Origin: a virus
Virus record (IMG/VR): IMGVR_UViG_3300033512_000218
Location: 64,001-128,000 of that record
Length of the DNA: 64,000 nucleotides
Strand: one strand, 5' to 3'
A program made the translations under genes and the position numbers. Shown here piece by piece: positions 42,163 to 52,234 of the stretch. Positions within the stretch are counted from its first letter, which is position 1, and each line of letters starts with the position of its first letter. The notes under the pieces were generated by a model. That model ran no database searches and was not told where the DNA came from. It was given only the letters and a program-made list of their open reading frames with translations.

Positions 42163-42899
42163 ACTTAAAACAAATAATTAGTGAAATAATTAGTATAGAA
42201 CTAATTAAAAATAAATTTAAAACAGTAAATAAAAATAATATATTACAATTTATAATGTATATTATTAAGGAGTATAAATTAAAAAATATTAAATACAATT
42301 ATGTATTTATGCCAGTAGAAAGTCCATATCTACCGTATAGAACAGTTAAAAAAACTATTGATATTAATGATTATTATATTTCAACAAAAGCAACATTTAA
42401 AAGTATTTTACATACTCAAGAAGATTATGATAATGTTTTTAGAATATGGGATAAAATAAAAGAAAAAGGAGAATATAAGCAAAGTCCATTATCAAAAAGT
42501 GAATATATTATAACAAAAAATAATGATATATATCGTTTATCAGACCATTGGGGTAATGTTGCATCATGTATTTGGGATTTAGATATGAATATATATACAG
42601 AACATGGAAAATATGATATAGGAGTATGCAATATAAAAGATTTTAAACTTCATGATAATGATGATGTTATTGATTATAATACATATATGGATTTTGCACC
42701 CTCTAAATTTAATCTTCCTAATAAAAAATACATAAAATCATATACAAATTATATAAAGGATGTTGATTTTATAAAAAATATAATGACACAATTAAAAACA
42801 ACTGAATCATCATATAAAGAATTTAATGGGATATTTGGACTTAAACGTTGGAATGAAATATATACTGAACTTAAAGAACAATTAAAAAAACATGGATAA
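42159..42899 (+). CDS. late hypothetical protein with N-terminal leader
   Basis: MNLKQIISEI; YRLSDHWGNVASCIW. Confidence 0.75.
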   Translation: MNLKQIISEIISIELIKNKFKTVNKNNILQFIMYIIKEYKLKNIKYNYVFMPVESPYLPYRTVKKTIDINDYYISTKATFKSILHTQEDYDNVFRIWDKIKEKGEYKQSPLSKSEYIITKNNDIYRLSDHWGNVASCIWDLDMNIYTEHGKYDIGVCNIKDFKLHDNDDVIDYNTYMDFAPSKFNLPNKKYIKSYTNYIKDVDFIKNIMTQLKTTESSYKEFNGIFGLKRWNEIYTELKEQLKKHG

Positions 42900-43407
42900 A
42901 CATAAATTAGCAAAAATAATATTAAGTGAATATAAAAAGATATTGAAGAAATATAATATACCTTTTAACAATACAATAGAAAAAATAAATGTTAGCGAAA
43001 AAATAAATTTTCAATCGGTTATAGATTTTGTATTTAAAAAAGAGTTTTATTATTCAAACGATTTTCAAATTATAACAAATGATTTAATACAATTAAAAAA
43101 TAAATATATGAAACAAAATACAGATACAATAATACGTACAGTTGAATTTTCTAATACAGGAGTTCCAATGAAAGAAAATATAATATACGAAGGATTTTTC
43201 ACTAATTTTTTTAAAAATATATTCAAATCAATAGAAAAAGATTCAATTAAAAAAGTAAAAACAGAACACCCTGAATATTTTGATAATGTTGAAAAAAACA
43301 AAGCTAAAATAAAAAAGGATATGGAAATAGAAAAAGAAAAAATGATTAAAAAATATGGAATAACACCTGAACAATATGAAAAGAGTATTTTAAAATTTTC
43401 AAAATAA
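42892..43407 (+). CDS. late hypothetical protein
   Basis: 171 aa, precedes tape measure. Confidence 0.7.
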   Translation: MDKHKLAKIILSEYKKILKKYNIPFNNTIEKINVSEKINFQSVIDFVFKKEFYYSNDFQIITNDLIQLKNKYMKQNTDTIIRTVEFSNTGVPMKENIIYEGFFTNFFKNIFKSIEKDSIKKVKTEHPEYFDNVEKNKAKIKKDMEIEKEKMIKKYGITPEQYEKSILKFSK

Positions 43408-43413
43408 AATATT

Positions 43414-45990
43414 ATGGAATTTGATGATAAATTTGATGCAGATGCCTTACGAGATTATACATTAGAATTAAATGATTTAATTAAAAATGTTTCTTCACTA
43501 CATAAACAATCTTATGGAGATATTATAGATTTAGCTTCAAAATTAACAAAGGAAGCGGCTGTTAAATATGATGTTGATAAAAAGGATTCTAAATTAAGTA
43601 TGGATGTTTCTAAAATTGTGGTTGAACAATTGAAAAACTTACAAGATGGAAATAAATTAGAATTACAGAAATTTAATTTACAAAAAGTTATGAAAAAATT
43701 AAATTATGAAAGTTTATCATTTGAAGAAAAAGCCAATGCTAAAATTTATCTATTACAAATGAGTGGTCTTAAAAAAATGATAGATGAAAAACTAAAAATT
43801 AATGAGAATGGAGAATCATATATTGATATATTAAAAGAACAAAATGATATACTTGATAAACAAAAAGAACAACTATTAGGAATAGGACATAACGTTGATA
43901 CTTTCTTCAAAACAATGAAAGTAATGGCTCAAAATCCTAAAATAGCAGGAGGAGTATTATTAGCCGCATTAGTAGGTAAAAGTAAAGAATTATTTGAAAC
44001 AATATCAGAAACAAGAACTCAATTAGGATTAAGTGGTAAAGATAGTTTAATAATGGCTAAAAATATTACATCAGCTTCAATGCAAGGAATGTTTTTAGGT
44101 ATTGGTATGAAAGAATCATCAGAAGCCGCAAGTGCTATTTACAAAGAATTTAAATCAATTAATAATGTAAATAAAGATGCAATATTACAAGTAGCAAAAT
44201 TAAATAAATATTACGGTGTATCAGCTGAAGAAGGAGCAAAACTATATAAAGTATTTTCAGAAATGCAACCTTTAACAGGTCGTTCTGCAAAAGATAGTTT
44301 TAAGTTTTATAAAAATATAGCTGAAACAAATGGATTAAGTGTAGGTAATATGATGTCCGAAGTTGCTCAAAACACCGAATACTTTGCAAAATATAGTAAA
44401 AACGGTGGTGATAATATAGCTAAAACAGTTGCAGTTGCAAATAAATTAGGTTTAAGTTTAGCAAATGTGGAATCAATTGCAACTAATTTATTAAATGTTG
44501 ATAGTAGTATAGAAGCAGAAATGAGTGCAAGTGTATTAACAGGTAAACAACTTAATTTTAATAAAGCAAGAGAATTAGCTTTAGCTGGTAAACATGACGA
44601 AATGATGAAAGAAATATTAAAAAATCAATTTAATATTTCTGAGTGGAATAGTTGGGATGTTATACAACGACAAAAAGTAGCTGAATCTTTAGGTTTAAGT
44701 GTTGAACAAATGCAAAACATGATTTCCCAACAAGATAATATTAACAAACTTACAGATAAATATGGAAGTAAATTAGGAAATACAATGATTTGGGCTAATG
44801 CTTTTGGTAAGAAAATGTGGGAAAATAAAGAAACTATTTTTGCAAGTATGAATTTCTTAGCAAGTATGAAAACTGTTATGCCTGGATTAATAGGAGGAAT
44901 TGGAAAATTAGTTACAGGAGCAGGTCAATGGATTATGTCATTAGTAAAAGGAATTGGAATACAAAAAGCTGTTGATGGAGCTTCAAATGTAAAATCAGGT
45001 GGTGGATTATTAAAAAATGTTAAAAAAGGTGGTGGAGGCGGAATTTTTAAAAAAGCAACAGAAGTTCAAAAAATGTCCCCACCAACAAATAATTTAAAAG
45101 GAACAATGCAAGGTAATCCCATTGTAAATTGGATTAATAGTTGGAAAACAATGGATGTTAAAGCTCTATTAAAATTTTCTTTGGCAGTAGGAATATTACT
45201 TGTATCTATACCTCTTTTAGCATTAGCATTAAAACAATTTTCAGATGTTCCATTTGATGCTGTATTAAAAGGAATGGGTAGTATGTTAGTTATGGCTGGT
45301 ATAATGAAAATAATAGGTAATATGAATAAAGATGTTTTAAAAGGAGCATTAGCATTAGGAATTATGAGTTTAGCTTTAATTCCTTTAGGATTTGCTTTAA
45401 AACAATTTACAGATATAGAATGGAAAACATTAGGTATTGCAGGAGTTGCTCTATTAGGATTAACTGGTGCTTTATTTGGATTAGGTGCATTAATTAGTGG
45501 TCCAGGAGCAATTATATTTGGTGCAGGTGTTCTTGGTTTTATAGCAATGGGAATTGCATTAACATCATTAGGAATAGGATTACAAATGGTAACAAGTCCA
45601 CTATCACAATTTGTTCCAATGATTACTCAATTAGCTACAATAAGCGGAAGTTTAGTTCAAATAGGATTTGGATTTAGTGCTATGTCAATTGGACTTATTG
45701 CTTTTACTGCATCATTATTAGGGTTAGCTCCGTTATTGCCTGTATTGGCAAGTGTGGTAGGTTTAACTCAAAAATTAACTCCTATTCAAACATCTGAAAG
45801 TAGCAAACAAGGTTCAACTGATTTAGGTGAAAGTAAAAGTAGTAAAGAAGAAAAAATAGATTCATTATTAAATAGTATAAATCAATTAGTATCCGAATTA
45901 TCAAAAGAAAAAGCTATAATTATTAATGATAGAGAAGTTGGTAGATATTTAGGTTTGAAAATGGATAGAATGAAAGTAAATGGAATATAA
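43414..45990 (+). CDS. tail tape-measure protein
   Basis: 858 aa, helical and A/G-rich; SSIEAEMSASVLTGKQLNFNKARELAL; hydrophobic C-terminal repeats. Confidence 0.85.
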   Translation: MEFDDKFDADALRDYTLELNDLIKNVSSLHKQSYGDIIDLASKLTKEAAVKYDVDKKDSKLSMDVSKIVVEQLKNLQDGNKLELQKFNLQKVMKKLNYESLSFEEKANAKIYLLQMSGLKKMIDEKLKINENGESYIDILKEQNDILDKQKEQLLGIGHNVDTFFKTMKVMAQNPKIAGGVLLAALVGKSKELFETISETRTQLGLSGKDSLIMAKNITSASMQGMFLGIGMKESSEAASAIYKEFKSINNVNKDAILQVAKLNKYYGVSAEEGAKLYKVFSEMQPLTGRSAKDSFKFYKNIAETNGLSVGNMMSEVAQNTEYFAKYSKNGGDNIAKTVAVANKLGLSLANVESIATNLLNVDSSIEAEMSASVLTGKQLNFNKARELALAGKHDEMMKEILKNQFNISEWNSWDVIQRQKVAESLGLSVEQMQNMISQQDNINKLTDKYGSKLGNTMIWANAFGKKMWENKETIFASMNFLASMKTVMPGLIGGIGKLVTGAGQWIMSLVKGIGIQKAVDGASNVKSGGGLLKNVKKGGGGGIFKKATEVQKMSPPTNNLKGTMQGNPIVNWINSWKTMDVKALLKFSLAVGILLVSIPLLALALKQFSDVPFDAVLKGMGSMLVMAGIMKIIGNMNKDVLKGALALGIMSLALIPLGFALKQFTDIEWKTLGIAGVALLGLTGALFGLGALISGPGAIIFGAGVLGFIAMGIALTSLGIGLQMVTSPLSQFVPMITQLATISGSLVQIGFGFSAMSIGLIAFTASLLGLAPLLPVLASVVGLTQKLTPIQTSESSKQGSTDLGESKSSKEEKIDSLLNSINQLVSELSKEKAIIINDREVGRYLGLKMDRMKVNGI

Positions 45991-45994
45991 AAAT

Positions 45995-46020
45995 AAAACC
46001 TACAATTAATTGTAGGTTTT
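45995..46020. terminator. bidirectional terminator (ACCTAC family)
   Basis: Perfect palindrome AAAACCTACAATTAATTGTAGGTTTT. Confidence 0.75.
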
Positions 46021-46024
46021 TAAA

Positions 46025-46420
46025 TTATAAATGATTATTTAATGTAGGTTTAGTTTTTGAAGTTTTACTAAAATAATATTCTAAATGTTTATAAATCATA
46101 TGTTGAGGGATATAATTTAAATTATATCTATTAAAAATTATTTCTTTAACTTGTTTAATAGAATTTAAATCAATTGTATTTTCACAATCTAATCTTTCAG
46201 ATGTGATATAATTTTCGTCCTCTAATATGGATGCTTTTTCACAACATAAATCAACTGTTTCTGATATTATTTTTGATAATAATAATGTACTATCATTGAA
46301 CCAATCTTCCACTATTTTGTATGATGCATATTCCTCCATAGCATTAATTAAAGATTCAAATTGTCCTCTTTCATTAAATGAATATGGTAATGCTCTTAAT
46401 ATTTTTTCTGCTTTGTTCAT
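46025..46420 (-). CDS. hypothetical protein
   Basis: 131 aa. Confidence 0.7.
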   Translation of the reverse strand: MNKAEKILRALPYSFNERGQFESLINAMEEYASYKIVEDWFNDSTLLLSKIISETVDLCCEKASILEDENYITSERLDCENTIDLNSIKQVKEIIFNRYNLNYIPQHMIYKHLEYYFSKTSKTKPTLNNHL

Positions 46421-46430
46421 GTTTTAAATA

Positions 46431-46841
46431 TTATTGATAATAAATATATGATATTATTTTAGGTGTTATTTTTAAATTATAATTATTATATAAATATATT
46501 TGTAATTCTTCAACTTCATTATTTAATAATTTAGTATTTATATCTTGAATTTTATTTGTTGTATAAATAACCCTACCAAAATATAATTCATTTAAATTTT
46601 CAGGGAAAACTGATGTTCGACTTAATATTTTATAATCAGTTGAAAATACATTATCATCCAAATAATTACTAAGTATAATATCAGTATTTTTAATTTTGAT
46701 AGTTCGTTCTGTTACTTGTTTTGTTCCTATTATTTCATGATAATCGTTTCTTATAGGAATATTTAACAGATTTAACCCAACATCAACAAAATCCAATAAA
46801 TCTATAACACATGATATTTTATTATAAACTGTTGTACTCAT
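46431..46841 (-). CDS. hypothetical protein
   Basis: 136 aa. Confidence 0.7.
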   Translation of the reverse strand: MSTTVYNKISCVIDLLDFVDVGLNLLNIPIRNDYHEIIGTKQVTERTIKIKNTDIILSNYLDDNVFSTDYKILSRTSVFPENLNELYFGRVIYTTNKIQDINTKLLNNEVEELQIYLYNNYNLKITPKIISYIYYQ

Positions 46842-46853
46842 TATTTTATGTTT

Positions 46854-47486
46854 TTATTTTTTAATAAATTTAGTTTTATATAAATTATTTATATTTAAAA
46901 TATAAACTCCTTCATTTAAAAATTCAACATTTATTAAATTTTCATTTGTTGAAATAATAATATTTCCGTATAAATCATAAATATCAATTGAATTTATATT
47001 ATCATACTCAATATGTATAATATCAGTTGTAGGATTAGGAAATATATAAATATTATCATTGATATTATTTAAACTTAATAAATTTGATACTGATAAATCA
47101 TATACAATATAATTATTATTAGGATTATTATCAAATATATAATCATTATTAACAGTTAATACTAAATAATTATACGTTAAATCAGTATTAATATATTCAG
47201 TAACACCACGTTCAACAAATGATTTACATACAATTTCTGTTATCGTATCTGTATAAATTAAATTAGTTAATACTGTAGTGTCATTTGTTAGATAATAATT
47301 TACTAAAGTGAAATTAAATAATAATGAATCATCCACTTCTGGTTGGTGATTATAATTTCCTAACATAACAAAGGTTTTATAGTTATTTTCAAACTGGTTA
47401 TACTTTTGAAAATAAAAATCTACTTGAGATTTACAAATCGAAAAGGTGAATAATATCACAATAACTAAAATACTAATTTTTTTCAT
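46854..47486 (-). CDS. secreted protein with T9SS type A C-terminal sorting domain
   Basis: Signal peptide MKKISILVIVILFTFSICKS-Q; IFPNPTTD..IYDLYG..LNEGVYILNI..KFIKK. Confidence 0.85.
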   Translation of the reverse strand: MKKISILVIVILFTFSICKSQVDFYFQKYNQFENNYKTFVMLGNYNHQPEVDDSLLFNFTLVNYYLTNDTTVLTNLIYTDTITEIVCKSFVERGVTEYINTDLTYNYLVLTVNNDYIFDNNPNNNYIVYDLSVSNLLSLNNINDNIYIFPNPTTDIIHIEYDNINSIDIYDLYGNIIISTNENLINVEFLNEGVYILNINNLYKTKFIKK

Positions 47487-47524
47487 TTTTTTATTTTTAT
47501 GGGTTTATAACTTTTAAATAAATA

Positions 47525-47911
47525 CTATAATTCAATGAAGTAATTTTTATTATACTCATCCAATAAATTATTTAATAACTCATAAGATGTTTTATTTATT
47601 TTTATTTCATGATATGTATAATCGTATAAGTATATAACAAAATCATTTTGTATTATTTCATTTATATTTATAGATGAATAATAATCAAATGAATCACAAT
47701 CAACAGAACCATATCCAACAGATACTATTTGATATTTATTATTTATTATATCTATAATATAAACATATTCATCATCGAAATTATATAAAACTATCCCTTT
47801 TGCGTCATAATAGCACGCTTTATCATTAATATGATAATTATCACTATTTTTTTCTAAAAATATTTCAATACTTTCAAAGTATAAATCTTCCTTTATTTTA
47901 TTTTCTTTCAT
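47525..47911 (-). CDS. hypothetical protein
   Basis: 128 aa. Confidence 0.7.
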   Translation of the reverse strand: MKENKIKEDLYFESIEIFLEKNSDNYHINDKACYYDAKGIVLYNFDDEYVYIIDIINNKYQIVSVGYGSVDCDSFDYYSSININEIIQNDFVIYLYDYTYHEIKINKTSYELLNNLLDEYNKNYFIEL

Positions 47912-47923
47912 TTTATAAGATTA

Positions 47924-48295
47924 TTAGAATGCAAAACAATTAAAATTTTTGTATAAAAAGGAATTTACACCTTTTTTATTTTTACTATAACAACCATTAT
48001 TTCTATTATATAAGTGAGTAAAACTCAAATTAAAATCAATAGTATTGTCTATTTCAAACCAAGCCCAAACATTTTTCTTATATTCAAAACCAAATACATG
48101 GTTTGCAAAAGTATATGAATAAGTTTTAGGAGTGTATGTTGTTTTTGTCATGATATCAATACCAAATCTTTTAAAGGTATCATCTGCTTCAACTGTAATA
48201 TAATCAACCTTACACGCAACATTATTACTAAATTCATACGGTATATTTTTATCTTTTAAATAACCTATCAATTTTTTCGCTTCAATTTTATTCAT
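47924..48295 (-). CDS. hypothetical protein
   Basis: 123 aa behind promoter module. Confidence 0.7.
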   Translation of the reverse strand: MNKIEAKKLIGYLKDKNIPYEFSNNVACKVDYITVEADDTFKRFGIDIMTKTTYTPKTYSYTFANHVFGFEYKKNVWAWFEIDNTIDFNLSFTHLYNRNNGCYSKNKKGVNSFLYKNFNCFAF

Positions 48296-48319
48296 TGTTT
48301 TATTTTTTAAATTATATCA

Positions 48320-48376
48320 CAAAGATAATATAAATAAAGACAAAATACAAATTAATTCATGTTAATAAATGTTAAA
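48320..48376 (-). promoter_or_regulatory. box+promoter module copy 11
   Basis: Box 48361-48376; CAAAGATA 48320. Confidence 0.85.
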
Positions 48377-48423
48377 AATAAATCAATTTTTAAATGTACT
48401 TATTTATACATAATAGTCATACA

Positions 48424-48864
48424 CTATAAAATACAATTTTCACTCTCACTTTCCAATGAGAAAATTTCATGTTCTACAATATACCACTGTACGATATTAT
48501 TGAAATCTTTAGCTAAAAAATTCGTAAACCATTCATTTAATTTAATTTGTTTTAAAAAATTCACAAAACGTATTGGTAAAAAATCATAGGTTATTCTATC
48601 TTCAATAGTTATATCGTCTTTTGATTTATTTGAAAAATAAACATTCCCATCATAGGTGAAATACATATACTTGAATTTATCTTTTATATAAATTATATTT
48701 CTAAACCAATTCCACTTCGCAAATTTTAAAAAATATTCTATATCATAATCATAATAATCATCTTTATAATATCTATGTACTACTTTTATTTTATTTTATG
48801 TAATTTCCAATATTTGACATTCCATTGAAAATATTTTTACATAATGTCCAACTTGTATTTTCAT
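48424..48864 (-). pseudogene. hypothetical protein with in-frame TAA
   Basis: ATG 48864, LEIT*NKIK (TAA 48796-48798), in frame with the 48666 ORF. Confidence 0.6.
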
Positions 48865-48869
48865 GACAT

Positions 48870-49070
48870 TTAATTTGAAAATATGTTTAATAATCCTATT
48901 ATTGTTATTATTGTGGTTATAAATGGACATATATAAAAAGAAAAAAATGTATGATGTTCTAAATTAGATGCATATATACCTATTATAGTTAATCCAACTA
49001 ATGATAATACACTAATTATTATTTTTTCACTTTTCCTACTAATTTTTGTAAATAAAATTCCTGTTTTCAT
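48870..49070 (-). CDS. small two-TM membrane protein
   Basis: Two hydrophobic helices. Confidence 0.6.
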   Translation of the reverse strand: MKTGILFTKISRKSEKIIISVLSLVGLTIIGIYASNLEHHTFFSFYICPFITTIITIIGLLNIFSN

Positions 49071-49180
49071 AAATAAATGTTTTATAATAATGATTATAGA
49101 TAATTCATAATCATTTGTTGATTAATTGAGTTGTATTTATAAAGCAAATACTATTAGTTTTAATAGCATGGAATAATAAA

Positions 49181-49576
49181 TTAAAAACGATTATCAAAAT
49201 ATTCTTCCATTTCCTTATATTTTTTATATCTTATTAATTTATCAATTTTAAATATATTACTTAAAAACACCCTTCTTATTTTGTAAATTGGAAATATCAA
49301 TGATGTTTTAATTTTATATAATAATTGTTCTTGTTTATTTGCTAATATAAAACATTCTTTTGGAAAACATGGTTTATTATACCAATATTTTTGCATACCA
49401 TTTATAATAGTTATTCCTTCTAAAGAACTATATTTTGGAATATAATAATTTTCACTTGTTAATATTAGTTCTTCAATACATTTATATAAATGTCCTATTT
49501 TAATTTTTTCAGCTTTGAAACTGTTATTATAAATTTCGTGTGTATTATTTATACACTTAACTATTTTGTTTTTCAT
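49181..49576 (-). CDS. hypothetical protein
   Basis: 131 aa. Confidence 0.7.
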   Translation of the reverse strand: MKNKIVKCINNTHEIYNNSFKAEKIKIGHLYKCIEELILTSENYYIPKYSSLEGITIINGMQKYWYNKPCFPKECFILANKQEQLLYKIKTSLIFPIYKIRRVFLSNIFKIDKLIRYKKYKEMEEYFDNRF

Positions 49577-50031
49577 ATATTACTATTTATTTTGAATTTT
49601 ATTTCTATTATCTCTCCAATATCCCAATTTTCATCATATAAGAAAAATTCAGTTTCTATATAGAATGGAACAGTATGAAATGAGTGTATTTTTGTTAATT
49701 GAATATCTATCTTATCGGAATCGATTTTATATTTATTTGAAATATATTTTAATAAAAAATCTTCAAAATCATATAAATCAGTTGAAAAATCTTCATATTC
49801 TTCAATTTCTTTTTTAGTAAATAAATTTAATATTTTATCATTATATTCACTATATTCGGACAAATATAGTTTAAAAAAACATGAAGATGTTTCAATATTA
49901 AAATCATCATCATCAGTATTCCATGTATGTGGATAATCTTTTATAAATAATCCTTCTTTAAAATTTATTTCATTTTTTATTTCTTTAATATTTTTTAAAG
50001 TTTCTTCAATGATAAAAATTTTCTTTTTCAT
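49573..50031 (-). CDS. hypothetical acidic protein
   Basis: 152 aa. Confidence 0.7.
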   Translation of the reverse strand: MKKKIFIIEETLKNIKEIKNEINFKEGLFIKDYPHTWNTDDDDFNIETSSCFFKLYLSEYSEYNDKILNLFTKKEIEEYEDFSTDLYDFEDFLLKYISNKYKIDSDKIDIQLTKIHSFHTVPFYIETEFFLYDENWDIGEIIEIKFKINSNI

Positions 50032-50052
50032 ATTTTTTAATTTGTTATATCA

Positions 50053-50109
50053 CAAAGATAATATAAATAAAGTAAAAATACAAATAAAATAATGTTAATA
50101 AATGTTAAA
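50053..50109 (-). promoter_or_regulatory. box+promoter module copy 12, back-to-back with late motif 50112
   Basis: Box 50094-50109; CAAAGATA 50053. Confidence 0.85.
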
Positions 50110-50138
50110 TAGTATTTATATAAAACAAAAATAAGTAA

Positions 50139-50612
50139 ATGGCATTATATGGTAAAATACGAGATATACGATTATTTCAAGGAATCAATAAAGAATTATT
50201 AAATAATATTATTGATACAAAAGTAGATGTATTTAGATTGGATGTTACTAAAACAAACGATAATATATACGGAGAAAGTGATAAAAAAATTTATTTATCT
50301 CCTATACGTATAAATTGCTTAATATCATCAGATGAACAAAGTAGTAATTATGATGAATTAGGATATGATAGTAAACAAACAGTAAAATTTTCATTTTTAA
50401 GAGATGAATTAGTTGAAAAAAATACATATATAGATGTAGGTGATATTATTCATTGGAATAATAATTTCTGGGAACTTGACCATAGAATAGAAAATCAAAC
50501 ATTTATGAAACGAAACCCAAATACAAATAAAGATATTAGTCAATTATACGGTTGGAATATTAGTGTAATATTTACTGGACACATGACTCAAAGAAATAAA
50601 TTAAATATTTAA
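50139..50612 (+). CDS. neck/head-closure protein (gp14-like)
   Basis: DNIYGES..Y..P, VGDIIHWNNNFWE; late motif 50112. Confidence 0.65.
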   Translation: MALYGKIRDIRLFQGINKELLNNIIDTKVDVFRLDVTKTNDNIYGESDKKIYLSPIRINCLISSDEQSSNYDELGYDSKQTVKFSFLRDELVEKNTYIDVGDIIHWNNNFWELDHRIENQTFMKRNPNTNKDISQLYGWNISVIFTGHMTQRNKLNI

Positions 50613-50614
50613 TT

Positions 50615-52222
50615 ATGCAAAAAACAAAAGAAGAATTACTTTTATTAAATATTAATAGAATATACGAAAATACAACTAATGATATAACAGGTGAAATATT
50701 ACAACAACATCTGGAAGATATTATTGATTCAATGGCTATTACAGGATTACCATCATCCCTTACAAATAATTTAGGAGAATGGGATGCTGATACTAATACT
50801 CCAACAATTGTAAGCTCAATTGGTAGTAACGGAGATTTTTATATTGTATCAGTTGAAGGTAATACTTTGATAAATGATATAGATGATTGGAATGTAGATG
50901 ACTATATATGGTATGATGGTAGTACAGAAACTTGGCAAAAAATATCAAATAGTTCAGGATTATCAATTCCAGGAGGAATAACAGGTACTGTACAATTTAA
51001 TAATTATGGAGAATTTTCTGGAGATGATAATTTCTTTTGGAATAATACAACTAAAAAACTTGGATTAGGATTATATCCATCAGAGTCTATATACCCTACA
51101 CCAAGAGAAAGACTACATTTATTAAGTGGTAAAATTAGAATAGAAGATTTAAAAAGTAAAACTTTATTAGGTACTGATGTATATGGTAATATAATTGAAA
51201 GTACATATAATCCTACATTAATAACTTCTATTACACATTCACAATTATTAACATTAAAAACAAATAATCTATTAACAAAAGGACAAAAATACGTTATAAC
51301 TGATTTTAAAACTAAATATAATCAAGTTGTAACAAATACTATAAAAGAAGCATCTTCATTTGAAACAATAGTTTTAACTGCTACAAGTATAAATACATTT
51401 GATATAGTTGTACAAAGTGTTGAATATCCAAACGATATTATTAAATACGATATTACAAATATATTATGTGAAGATGGAATCACAAATAGAAAAGGCAAAA
51501 TAACTTATAGAAAGGATACAGAAAATAATTTAGAAGTAGATGGATATGATTTTTTACAAATTTATCATGCTCGTTGGGAAACTTCTACTGGAAGTGGATT
51601 ATTTACAGTTTTATTTGATAATGGAGAAGCAATGCAAGAGTTTTTAACTTTTGGTTCAGGTTGTTATGATATTTCTATTGGTAAACATACTAATTACAAT
51701 AATATTGTATTTGGAAATATTAATCATTCAATAACTATAGGAACTGATAACTATTCAATGACTTTTGGAAGTGTTAATTATTCAATGATTTTTGGAAATA
51801 CAAATTATTCAATGACTTTTGGAAGTGCAAATAATTCTATAACATTCAGAGATAAAAACAATTCTATAAGTGTAGGAAATGCAAATTATTCACTAACTTT
51901 TGGTGATGCTAATTATTCCATAACTTTTGGAAGTGTTAATTATTCAATGACTTTTGGTGATGGTAATGACTCACTTAATTTCAATGATAATAATCATTCG
52001 ATTAATTTTAAAAATTTAAATAGTTCAATAACTTTTGGAGATAGTAATTTAAAAATAGAAATTGGAAATAGTAATAATTTTTCAACTTTGACATTAGGAG
52101 TAAATTCAATTGCGTTATTACAAAATTCATTATATGAAAAAACATTATATACAGATAATACAGATTTTGTAATTAGGTATATTGATAATTCAGATATAAA
52201 CTTTATAGATGCTACAACTTAA
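50615..52222 (+). CDS. tail fibre protein with C-terminal 10-aa repeats
   Basis: GEWDADTNTP, VQFNNYGEF, GQKYVITDF, (NYSMTFGSxN)n. Confidence 0.7.
   Translation: MQKTKEELLLLNINRIYENTTNDITGEILQQHLEDIIDSMAITGLPSSLTNNLGEWDADTNTPTIVSSIGSNGDFYIVSVEGNTLINDIDDWNVDDYIWYDGSTETWQKISNSSGLSIPGGITGTVQFNNYGEFSGDDNFFWNNTTKKLGLGLYPSESIYPTPRERLHLLSGKIRIEDLKSKTLLGTDVYGNIIESTYNPTLITSITHSQLLTLKTNNLLTKGQKYVITDFKTKYNQVVTNTIKEASSFETIVLTATSINTFDIVVQSVEYPNDIIKYDITNILCEDGITNRKGKITYRKDTENNLEVDGYDFLQIYHARWETSTGSGLFTVLFDNGEAMQEFLTFGSGCYDISIGKHTNYNNIVFGNINHSITIGTDNYSMTFGSVNYSMIFGNTNYSMTFGSANNSITFRDKNNSISVGNANYSLTFGDANYSITFGSVNYSMTFGDGNDSLNFNDNNHSINFKNLNSSITFGDSNLKIEIGNSNNFSTLTLGVNSIALLQNSLYEKTLYTDNTDFVIRYIDNSDINFIDATT
51710..52045 (+). 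repeat. imperfect 30-nt coding tandem repeats
   Basis: About 11 units like AATTATTCAATGACTTTTGGAAGTGTT. Confidence 0.75.
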
Positions 52223-52234
52223 AAAATATTTTAA

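Noticed and set aside
51710-52045. Diversity-generating retroelement TR/VR pair
   Set aside because: Repeats are tandem and coding, differences are not adenine-specific, and no reverse transcriptase is in the window.
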